Assembly (NCBI RefSeq): GCF_025641885.1
Contig: NZ_JAOTQN010000001.1
Location: forward strand, 1,200,547-1,264,546
Reading direction: 5' to 3'
Source: Pyrobaculum sp. 3827-6
GTDB lineage: Archaea; Thermoproteota; Thermoprotei; Thermoproteales; Thermoproteaceae
Length of the DNA: 64,000 bases
The position numbers and the translations under genes were made by a program. The number at the start of each line of letters is the position of its first letter. Positions within the stretch are counted from its first letter, which is position 1. This document shows, one piece after another, positions 57,074 through 64,000 of this stretch. The notes under the pieces are model-generated. The model was not told where the DNA came from, did not search any database, and saw nothing but the letters and a program-made list of their open reading frames with translations.

Positions 57074-57507
57074 TCACTTGAAGACGTCGTCCTCCACCTC
57101 TTTCAAAAAGTTTTTCATATCCGTTGCTGTCTCCAGCGCTTTTTCTGCCTCTTCTTTTTCAAATTCCCTCGCAAAGTGGCGTGACGTAATGTAGACCTCC
57201 TCCAGAGTTGCAGGCTCCCGTCTGCGGCGGCGTGAGGCCTCGGCGATTTTCACCGCGGCGTCTACCTTTCCTAGTCCGCGCAACGCCGTTGCAACAACCC
57301 CCGGCAACTCTTTAATGCCGTGAGTCCTCGGCGTGTATCCCAACAGCATTAAAACACGGCTTTTATGAATAGCTGAAGCGCCTGCTCGCTGAAGAACATA
57401 GCGAGGTCGTAGTGGCCTCTGCCCAGCGCCTCCCTAGCGTACCCTAGCATAGCCAAGCCCCGCCTCTTGAGAATCTCCACCTCTTCAATAGAGCTCATAG
57501 GCGCCGT
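57074..57507 (-). pseudogene. HEPN-domain protein, frameshifted
   Basis: The N-terminal part MSSIEEVEILKRRGLAMLGYAREALGRGHYDLAMFFSEQALQLFIKAVF* (57348-57507) and the C-terminal part (57074..57349, LLGYTPRTHGIKEL...) are in different frames, shifted by 1 nt at a T-run (gtgtttta). Confidence 0.5.
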
Positions 57508-57891
57508 TGCGGTTATATCCACTTCTAAAGGTATCGTGTACCCCCGCGGTGGTCATGTATATTTGCCGGTGCCTAGGGTTTATCGGCCTACAGGCTTCGT
57601 CCACATCTCTTAACCAGATAATTTCTCGGCACGTTTCGGCGATGGTTCTCTGTGTGCTAGTAGTACGCCTTATAGATTATATAGTGGTCCATATGTTGCT
57701 TGTATGTGATTAACGCCATCAATTCTCTCATTAGGCAAGTTAATTTTGGTGTCTACCCCCACCATCTCTCCCGGAGTGTTTTCCTAAGCCAATATGCTGT
57801 AGATTTCGTGAACTCTTCTATTACCTCATCCTTATCTAAGTGGCTCTGCGTGGGCATGCGGCGCCGCGTGTTGGTAGTTATTTAAGCAACT

Positions 57892-58503
57892 TTGCGCCGA
57901 TGTGGGCTTTATGGCTTGGCAAATTTGCTTTTATTTGGGTATCATAGTGTAGCGGTGTTGCGTCTACTTGAGGATGGGACCTTCCTCGTGGTGAAGGGAG
58001 GCGAGGGGGTAAGGCTGAGGATTAGGTCGGTGGCTACCGGCGACGACGTGCTGAAGGCTAGGGCGAGCGGCGCCAGGGCCATCGCGGCTAAGGTTTTCCT
58101 GCCAGAGGCCGTCGAGGTGGCTGGTAGGGAGGGGGTGGAGTTGGTAAATGTGGAGGACGTGGTTGGGCCCCTGGCCTCTGTTTTAAAGGAGTTGCTGAGA
58201 GAAAGGCGGCCCGATTTGCTTGTTAGGTTCTTCCAAGAGATCCTCCCCGAAGCGGTGGCGCGGAGCTACTCCTACAGAGAGTACACAGACTACACCGGCG
58301 CGACATCAGCCGTGGAGTTCAGCGTAGACGCCAAATTTATAAAAGGGGCCCTGGGGCTGTTCGACGACGTTTTTAGTCTTCTCTCTGCCATTGCCTCTAA
58401 GGCCTCGGAACTCGGGATGTACACATCGCTGAATTCTACCTCGGATCCAAGGTGGAAAGAACGTAGAGTTGTACTCGACTTAAAAATAGACCTAAAAACA
58501 TAG
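57892..58503 (+). CDS. Hypothetical protein
   Basis: 203-aa ORF of normal composition. The start may be an internal GTG. No family recognised. Confidence 0.4.
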   Translation: MRRCGLYGLANLLLFGYHSVAVLRLLEDGTFLVVKGGEGVRLRIRSVATGDDVLKARASGARAIAAKVFLPEAVEVAGREGVELVNVEDVVGPLASVLKELLRERRPDLLVRFFQEILPEAVARSYSYREYTDYTGATSAVEFSVDAKFIKGALGLFDDVFSLLSAIASKASELGMYTSLNSTSDPRWKERRVVLDLKIDLKT

Positions 58504-58648
58504 ACGCGCAGCCGCCACATGAACATGTTCCACGTAGCGGCCTCCTACTCCTGCAAGGGGACAAGCACCGGCTCCCGGCGCTCCTCGCATTTCCACGAAG
58601 TTAAGCAGAGGCGGCTATAATTTTTAAAATCAACACTCCCCTATACAC

Positions 58649-59182
58649 ATGTCCATCGACCTCAAGACGCTTGAGGAGGTAGTGGAGAGGGCTGTAAAGA
58701 GGGCCCTTGCAGAAGCCCGTGGCGAGGAGATGAAGGCAGTGGCCGAGGCTTTGAAGGCGCTGGCAGACTACACCAAGGCAGGCTTCGCCCAGCTGACAAT
58801 ACGAGTTGAGAAACTGGAGAAACGCGTATCCACGCTTGAGGATAACCTCGGCTCGCTTACCGAGGCCACCCTCTCCCGGTACGTCTGGGAGGACCTCAGA
58901 GAGGAGGTTGGGGCCAGGGGGGAGGTGGTGCTCGCCAGACGCCGCAACGCCCGTGTGGACGGCTTGGATATCGACCTCCTCGTGGAGACGGATAGGTCGG
59001 TGTACGTGGTGGAGGTGAAGACTAGGGCTAGGAGGAGGGATGTGGACGCCGTGGCTAGGAAGGCGGAGGCGGCCCGCGGAGCCTACGGCAAGCCCGCCGT
59101 CGCCATACTCGCCGGCGTAAGGATAGGAGACGACGTGGAGAAATACGCAAAGGGAAAGGGGGTGCAGGTGTATAGGTACTAG
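58649..59182 (+). CDS. PD-(D/E)XK nuclease-fold protein with N-terminal coiled coil
   Basis: N-terminal heptad-rich helix (LTIRVEKLEKRVSTLEDNLGSLTEA). The C-terminal GLDIDLLVETDRSVYVVEVKTRARRRD fits a D...(D/E)xK restriction-endonuclease-like core. Confidence 0.45.
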   Translation: MSIDLKTLEEVVERAVKRALAEARGEEMKAVAEALKALADYTKAGFAQLTIRVEKLEKRVSTLEDNLGSLTEATLSRYVWEDLREEVGARGEVVLARRRNARVDGLDIDLLVETDRSVYVVEVKTRARRRDVDAVARKAEAARGAYGKPAVAILAGVRIGDDVEKYAKGKGVQVYRY

Positions 59183-60460
59183 GGTGCTAGAGTTCACCGA
59201 GGCCGTGGCGGCGATCTGCGGCCAGCCGCCTCTAGATCTGGCTAGCTGGTGATAGAGCTGTCTAATGCCATCTTCGCCAAGTCCCACGTGGCGTCTATAT
59301 GGGCCAATCTATACCTCCCAATTTCTCACCTAGCGTACCTCGCCGCCTCTCTAAATTTATCCACATGTCTCTCAAACGCAGGCGCGCCTCTATTCTCCGT
59401 CAACGCCACGCCCCCTAACTGTAGCTAATCGCAATTGCGTAGATTCCCGGCGGGTCAAGCCCCCCGCCCCAAGTTCTGGCAGTGCGCCGATTTCCCTAGC
59501 CAGCGGCTCCGCCTCATATCTGAAAAGGATGAAATACAAAAAACCCTCGGCAAAGCCCTCAACCACAAACCAGACGATCTTTTCAGCTCTCACCGCGTCA
59601 AGAACCTCCTCATCAAGACCCCAAGTCAAGAAAATTGTAGATAGCGGGAGTAGAAAGACGGAACCACACTACGCCTCCGCCTCTTCCAAATCTATGAAAT
59701 TGTCCTAGGCCCCCCGCCGCAGACGCCCAACAACACACACAGCGCCAGGTAGACGGATAGGCGCAGCCCGCAGAACAGCCCCACACCAAGGAGCCAGCCC
59801 CGCCACCTTACCCCCACTAGACAGAGGCACCCCCCACGTAACTTGCTCACCCACCATGTAGACGAACCCCCTCCTCTCCCCCTATACCCAGAACCCCACA
59901 AGAAGGTACCCCCACCACCTCTGTATAGAGATATCGGCAACTCCAGCGCCCAATCCTCAAAACCCACGGCACAGCCACAGCCGCCGGGCGGGCGATGACC
60001 GATCCACGCTCGCAGATTTCTGAGTTTTGAGAACTCAGGAGAGCCCGCCCGGCTAGTACTACAGTACTCCATAGATATAAATCTTCCCCGCCGATCACAC
60101 GACGTACCTCTCAACTGCAACGTCTACAAGAAACGAAAAGGCAATCGCCGGTTAAAACAAGGCAGACTGCAGACAGCCGCAGAAACCACAAAGCCCTAAG
60201 TCGGGGGTTTGGAAGTACAGACAGCCGCCGACGCCTGCCCGAAGCACAGTAGCCATAGGGCGTTGATATGAATGCGGCCTATTGCCAGCGGCGTATATGA
60301 GCTCTGTTAGAGGCGAAAATCGCCGCCCTCAGCCCCTCCACCTGTCAGCCCTACAAATTCGTCAAGGGCCGCCTCTGGCCGCGTGAGTACTCGACACACC
60401 CCTCAGCCCACCTAGACATTCTACTAACCCCAGCACGAAATAAACCACAGACACAGCTGG

Positions 60461-60667
60461 CTAAACGGCGAGACAAGGCGCCAACTCCCCAAGGCTTGGA
60501 AGCCTCCTAGCCCTCTCATACATAAACCCTATGCCCAGTCCCTGGACCTTGTGGGGGGTTGTTACGACGTCCCCATAGAAGCCGGTATCGACGAGAGCCC
60601 TCAACCTAACCCCACCACCAGGGCCACGCACCTCCACCTCGACAATCACAGAACTCACAACATGCAT
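60461..60667 (-). pseudogene. Retropepsin-like aspartyl protease fragment
   Basis: MHVVSSVIVEVEVRGPGGGVRLRALVDTGFYGDVVTTPHKV... is similar to the N-terminal half of 14704..15072 but ends after ~68 aa. The upstream part of the track ORF is non-coding-like. Confidence 0.4.
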
Positions 60668-61089
60668 CAGATTCCTATATAATAACATTCCATAAAATGA
60701 GAACAATAATGGTAAGCCACAACACGAGCCGCGTTTCAGAACGCTCCGACCGAGCCAAGCACAAAAAAGGAGAAAAAACCACAGCCTAGCCCGAAGTGCT
60801 CCGATACCCATGAGAAAATTACGTACCGTCAACTCCTTGCACCACCACCCTCCCACGGCCAGCGGATCAGACCCGAGGCTTACGCAACTAACTTGTCTCT
60901 AAAAATCCCCAGCGCGAAGCCGCCCCCTCCAACGCCCCCCGGGCGGCCCCTCCCCTTGGCGCCTTCGGCGCCTCGGGGCCCCGTGACCCCCGAGACGCCC
61001 GGAGAGCAGAAGGGGACATTCTGCTCAGCGCAGAGCCGCGTTGCCAGAGGGCCGGGGCTTAGTGAAAAATTTATAAATATTTGTGGAGA

Positions 61090-61172
61090 ATTGTACGGCC
61101 GGGCGGGCTCCCCTGAGTTCCCTATCTTCAGAAATCTGTGGGCCAGGTCTTCGGTCATCGCCCGCCCGGCTG
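61090..61172. repeat. Second copy of the conserved hairpin element (see 51866..51950)
   Basis: GGCCGGGCGGGCTCCCCTGAGTTCCCTATCTTCAGAAATCTGTGGGCCAGGTCTTCGGTCATCGCCCGCCCGGC is ~85% identical to the 51866 copy, with the same terminal stem. Confidence 0.5.
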
Positions 61173-61798
61173 GCGCGTCCGTTTTTAAGAATTTGGGTTT
61201 TGTCAACACGCCAAGCCACTACAACCCAGACACCACACAGCCGGACCCCACACCAATTCAGACACGGACCGCTGGGGGAGACACACCGCCGCCGAAGTCC
61301 ATTAGATCAGAGTAGTAACAGATTGCACAGGTACTAGCACCGGCTTCGAAGCTCTAATTACAACAGAGCCTCAATTCCGCAACAAGGCCGAGATCCTATA
61401 TACAAGACACTTGTTACCTCTCTTCTATCCCACCACCTCCGCCAACCTAGGAGCAACCGCTCTCAAACACCTCCACATCCAGCCTATGCCCATCCAGCAC
61501 AGCCGCGGAGTCGAGACACTTAAACGCTTCGTACAAGCCGGCGGCCACCGACAAGGGGCCCGAAGCCCGGCCGAGGCCGCGCCCAGCACGAGGGCGGAGC
61601 TCCTAAAAGCAGTCACGCCGCCGGACAGCCGACGGAGACAGCGCAGAGAACCCGCCACAAGATCACCGCGAAGACATGCACTAGCTAAAACACGCCGCGA
61701 AAGAGTTCACGAAGTAGTACTTCGGCCCCGCGGGGCACCACGCCGAGAGAAGCGCCGAAAAGCGCCTAGCGGGGAGACTCTGCGCAGTTGCGGCGTGC

Positions 61799-62173
61799 TT
61801 AACCGCCCCGAGATCTGAGCACGGGAACCCCAAAAGCCCCGGCCCTCCCCGCCATCCTCTTGTCGAAAGTAGCCAGGCGAAGGCCGAGCCTCCTCGCCGT
61901 GAAGACAATCACCAAGTCGTTATAGTAGGCGAACCTCGCGCCGGCCGCCTTCCTCAACGACGCCAAGTCCTCGCACTCCACCACGACCTTCTCGTACCCC
62001 AGGAGGGCCCTCAAGAAATCAACCCCCCTATCTGGCGCCGCCTTCTTGAAAAACCACACTAATTCACGGACCACGACGGTGGGGAGATGCCAGACGTCCA
62101 GAGAGTCGAGGAGTGTCCCGGCGGCGAATCCTCGACCACGTAGTATATCACCGCGTTCGTGTCGACAACAGCC
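61799..62173 (-). pseudogene. PIN-domain toxin (vapC), frameshifted
   Basis: N-terminal MGEAVVDTNAVIYYVVEDSPPGHSSTL (PIN motif 1) in one frame. The remainder (VRELVWFF...FAYYNDLVIVFTARRLGLRLATFDKR...) is in another frame, with the shift near 62085-62095. Confidence 0.6.
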
Positions 62174-62395
62174 TCACCCATCGACTGCGCCCTGTTCTAC
62201 AAACCTGTCTATGTCCTCCGGCGTCAGCCTCATCCCCAGCCTAATCCTCGGCAACGCCCCCGCAACCTTCCTAATCACTATCCGATCCCCCTCGACCTCC
62301 ACCAACAGTCGATCCCCCTCGCGGATTCCCAACGCCCTCCTGACATCTGCCGGGATCGTTATCTGGAAGTTACGCGTCACCTTGACCACCGCCAT
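62174..62395 (-). CDS. vapB: AbrB/SpoVT-type antitoxin (VapB)
   Basis: 73 aa. VKVTRNFQITIPADVRRALGIREGDRLLVEVEGDRIVIRKV. Its stop abuts the start of the PIN gene. Confidence 0.7.
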   Translation of the reverse strand: MAVVKVTRNFQITIPADVRRALGIREGDRLLVEVEGDRIVIRKVAGALPRIRLGMRLTPEDIDRFVEQGAVDG

Positions 62396-62842
62396 AAAGT
62401 ATATATTCCCAATAGCTTAAAAAACTAACTAATACAGCTAGGCAACCCCTCCGCAAGCAGACTACGCCGCCTGCCTCCCTAAACTCCGCTCTGTCCACGT
62501 ACTCCAGTTGGGCTAAGTGGGGCGGGATCTGGCCCACCGCGAGGAACTTGCCACAGTCGGGAGATGCGCCGCGTGGCTGGCGGAAAAGGATTATATTTAC
62601 GGAGTACTGCGGCACGGGACGGGCGGGCTCCCCCGAGCTCCCAAACCTGTGCAACCCCGGTTTCCGTCGAGGAGGCGTCCTGTCGCGGGGCGGCCTCTGC
62701 GCTTCCTCGCCCGAGGGCTAGCGCAACGACCGCAGCCAGCTCGTTTTCATGTAGAGGAATCCGCCGAAGAGGAGGTTCCTCAGCTGAGGGCATCTGATCC
62801 ACAGCCACGATCGCCCGCCGAGCTTAGAAATGAAGTAGCGTA

Positions 62843-63286
62843 GTGTGGGTAAATCTTCGACTCCTACTTGTTAGCTGTATGTTTAAATATGGGGCTTCTC
62901 ATATGTACGTGTCCGGGGAGCTGGGGGTTTTGGCGCAGGAGGCGCTTAGGGTGGCTGTGGAGTCTGTCCTCGGCAAGTTGAGGGAGGGTAAGAAGCTGTC
63001 CACTGAAGACATCTTCCTCCTCTACTTGGCGACAATAGGAAAGGAGCTTGACGAGATTAGGAGGGAGATCGCCGAGGTAAACCAGAGAATAGACCAGACA
63101 AACAGACGGATTGACACGATAGCTCAAGAGTTGGGTAGGCGTATTGACGAGACGAATAAGCGTATTGACGCGATAGCCCAGGAGCTGGGTAGGAGGATAG
63201 ATGAGACGAATAAGAGGATTGATGGGGTGTATGCGTTGCTTCTTGACATACAGAAGCTGTTGGTGGAGATTGCCAGGAAGAGCTGA
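62843..63286 (+). CDS. Coiled-coil protein with internal 18-aa tandem repeat
   Basis: 147 aa. The nucleotide tandem duplication (54-nt period) at ~63119-63226 encodes IAQELGRRIDETNKRID twice, and a third degenerate repeat (RIDQTNRRIDT) lies upstream. Confidence 0.5.
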   Translation: MWVNLRLLLVSCMFKYGASHMYVSGELGVLAQEALRVAVESVLGKLREGKKLSTEDIFLLYLATIGKELDEIRREIAEVNQRIDQTNRRIDTIAQELGRRIDETNKRIDAIAQELGRRIDETNKRIDGVYALLLDIQKLLVEIARKS

Positions 63287-63559
63287 GGCGCGGTTGCTCT
63301 TATCCTCTGTAAGAAGGGGACAAACCCAGTTCTTTAAGTCGGAGAGGTGGTCAGCAACTTTCTCTCCTACGCGTATGCGCCCAAGCTGACATTCCGCCGC
63401 CGGGCGCCCCTACAGCTGTTGATCTCGGTAGCCCGACTCACAGCGCGGCTTTCGATATTCTACTTGAAGTTAAAATCGGACATTCCCTGAATCAGGTATA
63501 ACATCTAATGCTCCGCATGGCGTCGCCAAACGCGTAATCTAGAACTGCCTACCCACTAG

Positions 63560-63840
63560 GGGAGTTGAAAGAATGAGGCGCCGGGGCCAGTTCCAAATCT
63601 AACTTAGAACTGGTTAAGGCGAGTTCGGCGCATGCCTGTCGTTTATTCATTAAATAGGGGGACGTGTTCATAGGCATACGGACAGATATGTACCTGCCGC
63701 CCCCCGGGGGGCTTCGGGAGGCGATAACGCCCCCGAACCGCTCCGCCGAAGGGGTGGCGTTAACCCTCCAGGCGGCCCCGCCCGGCCGAGAGATAGCTCG
63801 GGCCCCTGCCCCTGAGACGCTTTGAGAGTAGAAATGGGGC
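63560..63840. repeat. GC-rich repeat element copy B (homolog of 41400..41760), preceded by a solo IS-end-like hairpin at 63465-63500
   Basis: Block-wise homology to copy A (see that entry). About 70 nt upstream, AAAATCGGACATTCCCTGAATCAGG resembles the IS subterminal hairpin CATCGGACGTTCTGCCTGATTCAGG at 41290-41315. Confidence 0.5.
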
Positions 63841-64000
63841 ATCTGGTAGCTTCAGCGGGGTCTTAAACGCCAAGTGCTCCTCAAACAGCCAGCTGGTGAT
63901 GGGGTGCGCCCCCCAGGCGCCCAGCGCCGAGGCGGCTAGGTCGGGGTCGTTGGTGACCCAGCTGAGCGCCACGTAGCTCTTGTTGACGTCTATGCCGAGC

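Noticed and set aside
1-64000. CRISPR array or cas genes
   Set aside because: No regularly spaced short direct repeats seen. The only tandem repeat is the 54-nt coding repeat at 63119-63226. The only nuclease candidates are TnpB and a LAGLIDADG endonuclease.

Overview
The window looks like a GC-rich hyperthermophilic crenarchaeal chromosome segment of Thermoproteales/Pyrobaculum type. Support for this is the PaREP1-like paralogs, archaeal-type dsrAB and frequent ATGA-overlapped operons.

Positions 1-12.4 kb hold a dissimilatory sulfite reductase locus on the minus strand. In transcription order it is dsrN-like (CbiA-type amidase), cobA (uroporphyrinogen-III methyltransferase), dsrC, a SQR/NDH-II-like flavoprotein, a DUF1641-like protein, then dsrA and dsrB. 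An ATP sulfurylase (sat) sits on the plus strand nearby, with several small uncharacterised ORFs around it.

Positions 12.4-25 kb are partly degraded housekeeping and accessory genes: a multiply frameshifted thioredoxin reductase, a TauE/SafE permease, an ABC-2 exporter operon with a wHTH regulator, an FAH hydrolase, an MFS transporter, a DsrE-like protein and a frameshifted SDR.

Positions 25-39 kb contain toxin-antitoxin modules (VapBC and two HEPN-MNT pairs), a secreted beta-propeller protein, an encapsulin with a fused ferritin-like domain, an archaeal AAA ATPase and an NfeD-stomatin pair. There is also a 5-formyltetrahydrofolate cyclo-ligase gene split by a 1.8-kb AT-rich insertion that carries a LAGLIDADG homing-endonuclease ORF.

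Positions 39.5-41.4 kb are an IS200/IS605-family TnpB element with direct subterminal hairpins. Two copies of a GC-rich repeat of about 300-430 nt, at 41.4 kb and 63.6 kb, bracket a 22-kb island. The island holds a mosaic cell-surface glycan cluster (Wzx flippase, GT4 and GT2 glycosyltransferases, rmlABCD), an AT-rich insert and PaREP1-like paralogs, plus TA modules in which toxin genes are repeatedly frameshifted while antitoxins are intact.

I found no rRNA, tRNA or CRISPR array. All calls rest on reading the sequence and on recalled family motifs. No database search was run.
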